A stretch of DNA of 37,897 bases, from IMG/VR virus record IMGVR_UViG_3300005805_000008, positions 1 to 37,897 of that record. The stretch is one strand, 5' to 3'. Made by a program: the position numbers and the translations under genes. Of the stretch, positions 8,360 to 17,054 are shown piece after piece (positions within the stretch are counted from its first letter, which is position 1; each line of letters opens with the position of its first letter). The notes under the pieces are model-generated. The model made no database searches. It saw only the letters and a list, made by a program, of their open reading frames with translations, and was not told the origin of the DNA. This DNA is from a virus (Duplodnaviria; Caudoviricetes).

Positions 8360-9309
8360 TAAATTTAGTCTATTAGACTAAGCCAGTCCCCTTTAAGTTT
8401 GGAGGCTGGCAGATGGGAAAGTTAGCAGCAACAAAGGAAGAATTGCAGGAGTTGATAAAGTTCAATACCTGTGAGGAAATTGGTAAAAAGTTTAACTGTA
8501 GTGCTGAGCTTGTTAGGCGGCAAATACATAAACTAGGTCTATCAATAACTAGGAGAAAGTTTGATCCTCCTAAAGATGAACTAGAAAACTTATACCAATC
8601 AATGTCATGTTCTAAGATTGCAAAACATTACGGGGTAGGCGAGACTGTAGTGTGGAGCAGGATAAAAGAACATAATATTGAGCTAAGGGAATTTGTGAAT
8701 CATAGATTAAAGCCCGGAAGGGAGTTTTCTCTAAACCACAAAAAGAACTTAAGCAAATCTCACAAAGGTAAATGGGCTGGTGAATTAAACCCAAATTGGA
8801 AGGGTGGGGTTCATCAAAAACACCTTGCAATCCGTGCTACAGGCGAATACAAGCAATGGCGAGTATCAGCCTTGGCAGCAAAGGGAAACCGATGTGAGGA
8901 TTGTGGGGTTGAGCAAAACTCAATGTGCAATTGTTGTGGTGTAAGAATTAGGCTTCATGTGCATCATATAAAGTCTTTTTCAAAATACCCAGAGTTAAGG
9001 TTTGATCTTTTGAATGCTGAAGTTTTATGTCCCAGATGCCATACCGCCAGACATAATTGAATAACTGGGTGAATTGCTGGAAACCCCTTAGAGCCTTAAG
9101 TACCAAAGCGTAACAATCTTAAGGATTGGGCAATCAGCAGCCAAGCCGCAAATGTAAGGCGAAAGCCCTAGGGTTGCGGAAGGTTCAACGACTAGGAAGT
9201 GACGAAAGAATAATCTTCCCACGAGCGCCCAGCGCGAAAGCGATGATATAGTCTGGACTACCGTGAAAGCGGTAGAAGCAAGGATAAAGAGCCTTGCGAT
9301 AACAAATCG
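8360..9309 (+). ncRNA. Group I self-splicing intron (IA-like) in the major capsid gene
   Basis: P AATTGCTGGAAA 9072, Q AATCAGCAGCC 9132, R GTTCAACGACTA 9183, S ATGATATAGTCT 9243; P3 CTGGGT/GCCCAG; P7 GACTA/TAGTC; exon ends in U8359, intron ends in G9309. Confidence 0.93.
8413..9060 (+). CDS. Intron-encoded HNH homing endonuclease (HTH/NUMOD-like N-terminus)
   Basis: NPNWKGG, CEDCG, LHVHHIKSF...NAEVLCPRCH; lies inside the intron. Confidence 0.85.
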   Translation: MGKLAATKEELQELIKFNTCEEIGKKFNCSAELVRRQIHKLGLSITRRKFDPPKDELENLYQSMSCSKIAKHYGVGETVVWSRIKEHNIELREFVNHRLKPGREFSLNHKKNLSKSHKGKWAGELNPNWKGGVHQKHLAIRATGEYKQWRVSALAAKGNRCEDCGVEQNSMCNCCGVRIRLHVHHIKSFSKYPELRFDLLNAEVLCPRCHTARHN

Positions 9310-10200
9310 GTTATTTACGACATTTCGCCAACAGAAACACCGTTTATGTCATCTATCGGCAAGACTAAGGCTACTGCTGTTTACCACGAGTGGCAGACTG
9401 ACGGGCTGGCTGCTGCAACGACTGCTAACGCTGCTGTTGAAGGTGCTGACGCATCTGATGCGACTCTGGCTCCTACTACCCGTCTCGGTAACTACACCCA
9501 GATCCTGCAAAAGACCATCAAGGTCTCCGGCACTCTGGACACGGTTAATAAGGCTGGTCGTAAGTCTGAGAAGGCATATCAGATGGCTAAGGCTTCGCAA
9601 GAGCTGAAGCGTGACCTTGAGACAATTATGCTGTCGAATCAGGGCCGTTCTGCTGGCGATAGCTCGACTGCTCGCAAAATGGGTTCGCTGCTGTCATGGA
9701 TCAAGACCAATTCGTCTGCTCAGACTAACGGTGGCGATCCTACGACTATCGGCGTTTCGACCCGTACTGACGGTAACACCCGTACCTTTACCGAGGCTCT
9801 GCTGAAGGAAGTCGTTGCTGAGGTGTTTATTTCGGGTGGTTCGCCTAAAGTTCTGATGGTTGGCGCTGCTGGTAAGCAGAAGGTTTCGAGCTTTGCTGGT
9901 ATCGGTGAGACTCGCTTCAACGTTACTGGTGCTAAACCATCAACCATCATTGGCGCTGCTGACATTTACGTGTCTGACTTCGGCAATATGGCTGTCGTTC
10001 CTAACCGCTTCATGCGTACCCGTGATGCTCTGATCCTTGATCCTGAGTATGCAGCAGTAGCTTACCTGCGTCCGTTCCAGACAAACGAACTGGCAAAGGC
10101 TGGCGATGCTGACAAGACTCAGATTCTGGTGGAATGCACACTGGAAGTGAAGAACGAAGCAGCGCATGGAATCGTAGCCGATCTCAATATGAGCCTCTGA
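9310..10200 (+). CDS. Major capsid protein, exon 2 (DUF5309/SU10-like; spliced product 314 aa)
   Basis: VIYDISPTETPFMSSIGK...HEWQTD...GNYTQI...ELKRDLE; in frame with track ORF 9346-10200. Confidence 0.9.
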   Translation, partial: VIYDISPTETPFMSSIGKTKATAVYHEWQTDGLAAATTANAAVEGADASDATLAPTTRLGNYTQILQKTIKVSGTLDTVNKAGRKSEKAYQMAKASQELKRDLETIMLSNQGRSAGDSSTARKMGSLLSWIKTNSSAQTNGGDPTTIGVSTRTDGNTRTFTEALLKEVVAEVFISGGSPKVLMVGAAGKQKVSSFAGIGETRFNVTGAKPSTIIGAADIYVSDFGNMAVVPNRFMRTRDALILDPEYAAVAYLRPFQTNELAKAGDADKTQILVECTLEVKNEAAHGIVADLNMSL

Positions 10201-10201
10201 T

Positions 10202-10230
10202 TTGACATGTGTACGTGATTGAAGTAAGAT
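10202..10230 (+). promoter_or_regulatory. Sigma70-like promoter for the downstream HNH gene
   Basis: TTGACA-17 nt-TAAGAT immediately after the capsid stop. Confidence 0.65.
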
Positions 10231-10258
10231 GCCTCTGTATTTACTACGGAGGTGTCTT

Positions 10259-10846
10259 ATGGAATGCAAGTATGATGGTTGTCAAAACAATGCTGTAGGT
10301 TGGGGATACTGCCAGAAACATTACCGCAGGTATATGAAGTATGGCAGTCCCGAATCAACTAAATATACGCAAGAGCCACTTGAAATAAGATTTTGGCGAT
10401 TTGTTGATAAAAGGTCAGACGATGAATGTTGGCCTTGGACTGGCAACAAAAACCTGAAAGGATATGGAAGGTTTGGCGTAGGAAAGAAAACCCAAGGTTC
10501 TGAGGGTGCGCACAGGGTTAGTTGGAAATTGCACAACAATCAGGATATACCGCATAAAATGCACATAATGCACAAATGTGATAACCCAGTGTGTGTAAAT
10601 CCAAGCCACTTAGTTTTAGGAACTGCAAAAGAAAACACGCATGACATGATTGCCAAAGGCAGGAAGCGGACAGTTGCTCCTGTTGGCGATTTAAATGGCA
10701 AGGCAATTCTTGATGCAGAAAAAGTAAGGTTTATTAGATCAAGTAAGCTAAATCACGCTGCACTTGGTAGACATCTAGGAGTTTCGCCTAGCTGCATTCG
10801 AGGTGTTAGAAGTGGTAGAACTTGGTCTCATATCGAGGATTTATGA
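10259..10846 (+). CDS. Free-standing HNH endonuclease
   Basis: CWPWTG, AHRVSW, MHKCDNPVCVNPSHLVLGTAKEN, C-terminal HTH; GGAGGT SD before ATG 10259. Confidence 0.88.
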   Translation: MECKYDGCQNNAVGWGYCQKHYRRYMKYGSPESTKYTQEPLEIRFWRFVDKRSDDECWPWTGNKNLKGYGRFGVGKKTQGSEGAHRVSWKLHNNQDIPHKMHIMHKCDNPVCVNPSHLVLGTAKENTHDMIAKGRKRTVAPVGDLNGKAILDAEKVRFIRSSKLNHAALGRHLGVSPSCIRGVRSGRTWSHIEDL

Positions 10847-11154
10847 CACCTTTTAGAGAATCAGTAGTTCACGCGGACGATGACGGTGGGATTGTCATTG
10901 AGACAACACAGGACGTATCAGAGATTATTGAGGCTAACAAGGCTCAATTAGAGTTTGATAAGCAGAGGACTGGACATCTTAACGAACTGCATCATGTTGC
11001 CAGAATCCCGTTTACGGTCATTGATGACTTAAACAAGATGGGCATCATGAAGGGTTTTAATATCGTTGATGAATCAGCATTTGCTTGTTGGCTCAATGCC
11101 CCTGATAATGCGATGTGGAAAACTTATCGTGGAACTATTTCTAAGGGGAACTAA
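10843..11154 (+). CDS. Phage protein downstream of capsid
   Basis: GAGG SD, ATGA overlap; QDVSEIIEANK...HVARIP. Confidence 0.75.
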   Translation: MTPFRESVVHADDDGGIVIETTQDVSEIIEANKAQLEFDKQRTGHLNELHHVARIPFTVIDDLNKMGIMKGFNIVDESAFACWLNAPDNAMWKTYRGTISKGN

Positions 11155-11834
11155 TGATCGTCGGCGTATGTGTACCAGCAAGGGATGAAGTTCATACGGG
11201 TTTTGCGTTTGACTTCGCTAAGATGGTGGGTAGGGATTCTAAGCATCGTTGCTCTAAAGAGGGTAATGGCTTAAAGCTCTACACGATGGCTGGAACGCTG
11301 ATATTTGATCAGAGGGAAAAGCTGGTTGATTCTGCATTAGCTGACGGTTGCGATGTTATTTTGTTCATAGACTCAGACATGAGATTCCCGTCTGACACTA
11401 TTGACATATTGCTAAGTCGTGATGTTCCCATTATTGGGGTTAATGCTGTAACCAGACGCAAGCCGACTTTACCGACTGCTTTGAATTTGCAGTTAGAGAA
11501 AGACGATAATGGCAAGATTATCAGCCATGCTTGGCACAAGGTAGACTCAAGCGGTAAAGAGGGTGTTGAGCCTGTTACTGCGGTTGGTGGTGGTGTGGTG
11601 ATGATTCGCAAGGAAGTATTCGCGGCGATCAAAAAGCCTTGGTTTGACGTAGGCTGGGGTTCTAAGGGCATCATTGGTGAAGATGTGCATTTCTGCATTA
11701 AAGCCTTGGACAGTGGATTTCAGACGTATGTAGACCACAGTTTGTCTAAGCATATCGGACACATTGGAACTTACGAGTACCGATGGGAAGATGTAGAGGA
11801 CGGTGCTGTTGAGAGGCACAATAACGGGAAATAG
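11154..11834 (+). CDS. GT-A fold glycosyltransferase-like protein
   Basis: LFIDSDMRF (DxD), GGGVVMIRKEVF, GEDVHFC, IGHIG. Confidence 0.8.
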   Translation: MIVGVCVPARDEVHTGFAFDFAKMVGRDSKHRCSKEGNGLKLYTMAGTLIFDQREKLVDSALADGCDVILFIDSDMRFPSDTIDILLSRDVPIIGVNAVTRRKPTLPTALNLQLEKDDNGKIISHAWHKVDSSGKEGVEPVTAVGGGVVMIRKEVFAAIKKPWFDVGWGSKGIIGEDVHFCIKALDSGFQTYVDHSLSKHIGHIGTYEYRWEDVEDGAVERHNNGK

Positions 11835-11836
11835 TT

Positions 11837-12457
11837 ATGGCTTTAAGCTCATACACAGAACTAAAAACTACGGTGGCAAATTACTTGGCCCGTAGCGATC
11901 TTACTGATGTGATACCGGATTTTATTAGGTTAGCTGAGGAAAGATTGCGTAGGGACTTGCGTATCCGTCAGATGTTAGTTGTAGCTACAGCATTGACAAC
12001 GGGCGGTGATTCAACGGTTGGTTTGCCTTCCGACTTTCTGGAAATGCGCGACATTCACGTTGACCTTGATCCTATAGTTCAATTGTCGTACAAGGCTCCG
12101 AATGCCTTCTACGCATCAGGCAAGTCTACATTGTCTGGTAGGCCAACGACTTACACTGTATTGGCTTCTGAGTTCCAGTTAGCACCCATCCCTGATTCTG
12201 CGTATACATTGCAGATGCTTTACTACGCAAAACCCCCGCTACTAAGCGATACCAACCCAAGTAATATTTTCCTTGCTAATTGCCCAGACGCCCTGCTTTA
12301 TGCTTCTTTAGGCGAGGCTGAGCCGTATATAATGAACGATGCAAGGCTACAGACTTGGGCTGCTTTATATGATCGCTCGGTAACAGCAATATCCAACTCT
12401 GACCAATCGAGTGAGTATGGTGGTCAGCCTATGTCTATGTCCTATAACGTGAGGTGA
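11837..12457 (+). CDS. Head-to-tail adaptor / tail tubular protein
   Basis: YTELKTTVANYLARSDLT...IPDFIRLAE, LPSDFLEMR, PDALLY; position. Confidence 0.75.
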   Translation: MALSSYTELKTTVANYLARSDLTDVIPDFIRLAEERLRRDLRIRQMLVVATALTTGGDSTVGLPSDFLEMRDIHVDLDPIVQLSYKAPNAFYASGKSTLSGRPTTYTVLASEFQLAPIPDSAYTLQMLYYAKPPLLSDTNPSNIFLANCPDALLYASLGEAEPYIMNDARLQTWAALYDRSVTAISNSDQSSEYGGQPMSMSYNVR

Positions 12458-12461
12458 AATC

Positions 12462-12848
12462 ATGGCAGAAATGTCGAATTATCTTGAAAATGCGTTGATT
12501 AACGCAACACTTAGAAACACAGGCTACACAAGCCCTACGACCTGTTTTGTGGCTCTGTATACCACTGATCCTACTGATGCTGATACCGGCACAGAGGTCT
12601 CAGGTGGTTCGTATGCTCGGACTGCGGTTACGTTTGGTGCGCCTTCTAACGGTGTGGCTACGAACAGCGCTTCGGTGACATTCCCGACTGCAACGGGTAA
12701 CTGGGGAACCATTGCTTACATCGGTATTCGTGATGCTGCAAGCTCTGGAAACCTGCTGTACCACACTGCTTTGGATGCTTCTAAAGCGATTAATACTGGT
12801 GACGTGTTCACCATTTCTAGCGGCAACCTTTCCGTTACTCTGGAGTAA
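12462..12848 (+). CDS. Virion structural (tail-associated) protein
   Basis: MSNYLEN...EVSGGSYAR...ITFP-like beta-rich motif. Confidence 0.7.
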   Translation: MAEMSNYLENALINATLRNTGYTSPTTCFVALYTTDPTDADTGTEVSGGSYARTAVTFGAPSNGVATNSASVTFPTATGNWGTIAYIGIRDAASSGNLLYHTALDASKAINTGDVFTISSGNLSVTLE

Positions 12849-12851
12849 ACA

Positions 12852-13688
12852 ATGGCTCTAGTTATTGCTGACCGTGTAAGGGAAACGTCCACCACTACCG
12901 GCACTGGCACTTTGACACTGGACGGTGCTGTTAGTGGGTATCAGACATTTAGCTCTGCTATCGGCAATAGCAATACTTGTTACTACACGATAACACTTGG
13001 TGTAGATTGGGAGATAGGCATTGGAACGGTAAGTGCTGGCACATTGGCTAGGACTACTGTTTTAAAGTCTAGTAATGCTGGCTCTGCTGTCAACTTTGGT
13101 GCTGGCACTAAGGATGTATTTGCTACTTATCCCGGCGATAAGGCAGTAGATACGGACTTGGTTCAAACGCTTACCAACAAGACCATTAGTACGGATAGCA
13201 ATACCATTAACGGCATAGCTGCATCGTCGTTTGTTTTGTCTAATGCTAGTGGTGTAATAGACGGCGCTGCTGCTCAGAAGGCTATTCCCTCTGGTACGGT
13301 GGTAGGCACTAGCGATACGCAGACGCTGACCAACAAAACCCTGACCGACCCTGCAATCATCGGCACGATCCTTGAAGACGTGTTCACGATCACGGACGGC
13401 GCTGCCTTTGAAGTCGATCCCGGCAACGGCTCGATCCAGCTAATTACGCTTGGTGCGAACAGAACTCCGAAGGCGACGAACTTTGCCGCTGGTGAGGCTG
13501 TAACGCTGATGGTGGACGACGGCACGGCCTACACGCTGACGTGGACTGATTCAACGTGGGGCGGTTCTGGCGTGGTGTGGAAGACGGACTCAGGTTCTGC
13601 CCCGACACTGAACACGACAGGCTATACGGTGATTGTTCTGTGGAAGGTCAGCACACAGGTGTACGGCGCTCGCGTGGGGAATAACTGA
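12852..13688 (+). CDS. Tail fiber-like structural protein
   Basis: ADRVRETSTTTGTGTLTL N-terminus; QTLTNKT repeated twice. Confidence 0.7.
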   Translation: MALVIADRVRETSTTTGTGTLTLDGAVSGYQTFSSAIGNSNTCYYTITLGVDWEIGIGTVSAGTLARTTVLKSSNAGSAVNFGAGTKDVFATYPGDKAVDTDLVQTLTNKTISTDSNTINGIAASSFVLSNASGVIDGAAAQKAIPSGTVVGTSDTQTLTNKTLTDPAIIGTILEDVFTITDGAAFEVDPGNGSIQLITLGANRTPKATNFAAGEAVTLMVDDGTAYTLTWTDSTWGGSGVVWKTDSGSAPTLNTTGYTVIVLWKVSTQVYGARVGNN

Positions 13689-14311
13689 TGGGGCGCTTTC
13701 GTGATTTAGTGGGAGAGCGTTTCGGCAGACTTCTGGTGCTGCAAAGAAACGGATACAACAAACACAGTCAATTGCTTTGGCTGTGCGAGTGCGAATGCGG
13801 AAACACTAAGTCGGTGCTCGGGTTTTTGCTTAATCGTGGAGAAACTCAGTCTTGCGGATGTTTGCACAAAGAAAGCATTGCAAGCGTTAATTACAAACAT
13901 GGGAAGGCGCAAACATCAATCTACCGGATTTGGCGCTCAATGATGCAACGTTGCTACGACAAGAACTCTCATGCTTACGACAGGTATGGCGGTCGAGGAA
14001 TAAACGTATGCGACCGCTGGCAAGATTTTGAAAGTTTTTATGCTGACATGGGAGACAAGCCAAAAGGAATGTCTCTGGAGCGCAAAGACGTAAACGGAGA
14101 CTACTCGCCGGAAAATGTTGTGTGGGCTGACGCAAAGACGCAAGCCAACAACAGGCGCAGCAATGTGGTTCTTGAGCACGACGGACGAAAGCAGACTATG
14201 CAGCAATGGTGCGATGAGCTTGGATTAAGGATCGGTACGGTATGGGCAAGAATTAACCGTGGCTGGCCTGTTGATAAAGCATTGCTGAAAGAGGTGCGTC
14301 ATGTTGGCTAA
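13688..14311 (+). CDS. Free-standing HNH-type endonuclease
   Basis: DLVGERFGRL, WLCECECG, SCGC, YGGRGINVCDRW, SLERKDVNGDYSPENVVWA...QANN. Confidence 0.85.
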   Translation: MGRFRDLVGERFGRLLVLQRNGYNKHSQLLWLCECECGNTKSVLGFLLNRGETQSCGCLHKESIASVNYKHGKAQTSIYRIWRSMMQRCYDKNSHAYDRYGGRGINVCDRWQDFESFYADMGDKPKGMSLERKDVNGDYSPENVVWADAKTQANNRRSNVVLEHDGRKQTMQQWCDELGLRIGTVWARINRGWPVDKALLKEVRHVG

Positions 14312-16247
14312 GCAATTGCAGGGTTCTGCCCTTGCCACACAACCAGTTTTTATCGAAGACACGTTTTCCACCCACTTGTACACGGGCAACGGCTCGACGC
14401 AGACGATCACGAACGGGATTGATCTGGCGGGTGAGGGTGGAATGGTTTGGATTAAATCTCGCTCTGCGGCTACAAACAATTTTTTGTTTGACACGGCGCG
14501 TGGCACTACCGATGAACTTAATAGCAACACGACAGATGCTGAAGCTTCTTTAGCTAATAGCCTTACTGCGTTTAATGCAGATGGGTTTTCTATAGGCAGC
14601 GCAACAGGCATTGGAGTTAATGCTGCTACCTACGCCTCATGGACATTCCGCAAGCAGCCTAAGTTCTTTGATGTGGTGACGTATACGGGGGATGGTGTTG
14701 CTGGACGTACTGTGGCGCACAATCTTGGCTCAGTGCCGGGCGTGCTTATTGTAAAGCGCGTAGATTCAGCAGGGCAATGGATGGTGTATCACCGTTCACT
14801 TGGCAACACCAAGTATTTAGGCCTTAATGTCACAGATGCAGAAACAACCAGCGCAAGTGCATGGAACAACACCACCCCAACATCAACCGTTTTTACTCTT
14901 GGTGATTATACAAACACAAACAACGCGGGCACTCTTTACGTTGCCTACCTCTTCGCCCATGACGCTGGCGGCTTTGGGCTGACGGGTACGGACAATGTGA
15001 TTTCGTGTGGGTCTGCTGCTACTGATGGCAGCGGCAACTGGACTACAACGCTTGGGTATGAGCCTCAATGGGTATTGTGGAAAGCAGCTTCCACTTCTGG
15101 CCTTTGGGAAATTATTGACAACATGCGTAACTTTTCTGTTACGGATAATTTGCGCTTGTTTCCAAACAATTCAAATGCAGAAGCAAGTGCAGGTGGCCCC
15201 TACTTATCTCCCAACGCTACGGGCTTTAGAATGGTCGGCGGTGGCGGCCCTGTAAGCGGAACAATTATCTACATAGCCATACGTCGCGGCCCTATGAGAA
15301 CGCCGACGAGTGGGACGAGTGTGTTTGGTTTGTCTGCCAGAACTGGAACAGGCGCAAATGCCACGGTTACGGGATCGGCTGGAGTTTCCGATGCCGTGTT
15401 AGTCAAGAACCGCGGTTCAGCAGTAGCTTCTTTATTTTCCTCAAGACTTACTGGCACAGGCTATCTTGTGACCTCAACCACAGCGGCAGAAGTGGCGGCA
15501 GCAACAACGATCCTGCAAGCTAACCCTTGGGATGTAATGGATGGCGTAAAAGTTGGAACTACGTCAACAATTACAAATGCTAGTGCTAACACGTATATTA
15601 ACTACTTGTTTGACCGCGCCCCCGGCTTCTTTGATGTGGTGTGCTATACGGGGACGGGAGTAACAAACAGAACTGTGACCCACAACTTAACTACTGCACC
15701 GCAGTTACTATTTGTAAAAGCAAGAAATAACGTTCAGAACTGGAGTGCGTTGTGCACTTTAAACAGCGGATTGCAAGGTAGGTTAAACACCACTGACGCA
15801 TTAAGTGCTCCGTCTGCTGCTGTTTGGGGGAATGGAAGTTCTTATGTTGCGCCAACATCATCCGTGTTTACTGTTGGCACGGACAACGAAACCAACGCAT
15901 CTACTTGGACATACGTCGCTTACCTATTCGCCACTGTCGCAGGCGTATCCAAGGTATTTTCTTTTACAGGAAATGGAAGTTCACAAACAATTAATTGCGG
16001 TTTCACTGCCGGTGCAAGGCTAGTTCTCATAAAACGCACAGATAGCACGGGAGATTGGTATATTTGGGATAGTTCACGGGGCATAGTTTCAGGTAACGAT
16101 CCACATCTTAGCCTTAATACTACGGCGGCTGAAGTTACAACTGACGACAGCGTAGATGCAGATTCAACTGGTTTTATAGTCAATCAACTATCTGCAACCA
16201 ATGTTAATGTAAATAATGCAACTTATATAGGGCTTGCTATTGCGTAA
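14301..16247 (+). CDS. Tail fiber / receptor-binding-like protein with internal repeats
   Basis: Repeated YTGNG / FFDVVxYTG / VAYLFA units; Thr/Gly/Ser-rich. Confidence 0.75.
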   Translation: MLAKQLQGSALATQPVFIEDTFSTHLYTGNGSTQTITNGIDLAGEGGMVWIKSRSAATNNFLFDTARGTTDELNSNTTDAEASLANSLTAFNADGFSIGSATGIGVNAATYASWTFRKQPKFFDVVTYTGDGVAGRTVAHNLGSVPGVLIVKRVDSAGQWMVYHRSLGNTKYLGLNVTDAETTSASAWNNTTPTSTVFTLGDYTNTNNAGTLYVAYLFAHDAGGFGLTGTDNVISCGSAATDGSGNWTTTLGYEPQWVLWKAASTSGLWEIIDNMRNFSVTDNLRLFPNNSNAEASAGGPYLSPNATGFRMVGGGGPVSGTIIYIAIRRGPMRTPTSGTSVFGLSARTGTGANATVTGSAGVSDAVLVKNRGSAVASLFSSRLTGTGYLVTSTTAAEVAAATTILQANPWDVMDGVKVGTTSTITNASANTYINYLFDRAPGFFDVVCYTGTGVTNRTVTHNLTTAPQLLFVKARNNVQNWSALCTLNSGLQGRLNTTDALSAPSAAVWGNGSSYVAPTSSVFTVGTDNETNASTWTYVAYLFATVAGVSKVFSFTGNGSSQTINCGFTAGARLVLIKRTDSTGDWYIWDSSRGIVSGNDPHLSLNTTAAEVTTDDSVDADSTGFIVNQLSATNVNVNNATYIGLAIA

Positions 16248-17047
16248 TGGAATACATATACGTCATTGAAAATAAGATTTCAGAAAAGTTTTACATTGGT
16301 AGGACGAACAATCCTGCTGCAAGAAAACGCGGTCATTTTTCTGAATTGCGTAGAGGCATCCATAACAACCCAAGATTGCAAGCATCATTTAACAAACATG
16401 GTAAACAAGCATTTGAGTTTAGAGTTGTTGATTCTGCTACGTCTGACGTTATTAAAATAAAAGAAGCTGAATGGTTTGCGGCTTTTGATGAAAACAAATC
16501 ATATCTTTACAATTGTCATTTTGAAACATTTGGTGGCCCAAAAATTTGTAAACCACATACACAAGAACGTGCTGCAAAAATTTCTAAAGCAATTAAAAAC
16601 GGAACTAGAAAATATATATTTAACATTCTTGATGAGCGATATGCCGGTGCTTCTTTAAAAAGTCTGGCAAAAAAACATGGTGTTGGCATTAACACTTTAA
16701 TAAGTTACACCTTGGAATGGGAGCAACTTCGTGGTTTAAAAATGCCAAAAAGCGTTCAACAAGAATCTGCGCGTCAAAAAGTTGCTGAATTTGCTCGCAT
16801 ATTTAAAATTATTGGTGATACTGCTGTGAGAGAACTTAAAACATTTAAAGTATCGCGCAAATCTCTTATTAAATATTTGCCAGAATTTGGTTTATCAATT
16901 GAAGATTTAAGAATTGACGGTTGGAAACAAGAGGCGAAACAAAAAGCATTAGCGGCAATACAAATGGTTAAAGAAACTAAATGTACTGCACAACATGCAG
17001 TTAAAGTTTGCGGAGCAACTTCCGTTACTTTTTATAAATACGCTTGA
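16247..17047 (+). CDS. Free-standing GIY-YIG endonuclease
   Basis: YIYVIEN...FYIGRT...R...H...HNNPRLQASFNKHG, conserved E, YN; visibly AT-rich. Confidence 0.85.
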   Translation: MEYIYVIENKISEKFYIGRTNNPAARKRGHFSELRRGIHNNPRLQASFNKHGKQAFEFRVVDSATSDVIKIKEAEWFAAFDENKSYLYNCHFETFGGPKICKPHTQERAAKISKAIKNGTRKYIFNILDERYAGASLKSLAKKHGVGINTLISYTLEWEQLRGLKMPKSVQQESARQKVAEFARIFKIIGDTAVRELKTFKVSRKSLIKYLPEFGLSIEDLRIDGWKQEAKQKALAAIQMVKETKCTAQHAVKVCGATSVTFYKYA

Positions 17048-17054
17048 GGTAACT

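Noticed and set aside
9263-9607. 114-aa ORF overlapping the intron end and capsid exon 2
   Set aside because: Out-of-frame shadow of intron P9 and capsid coding sequence
14301-16247. Diversity-generating retroelement acting on the fiber
   Set aside because: No reverse transcriptase and no adenine-specific template/variable repeat pair seen
13688-17047. Introns around the HNH and GIY-YIG genes
   Set aside because: No P/Q/R/S core or spare non-coding sequence; flanking genes look complete
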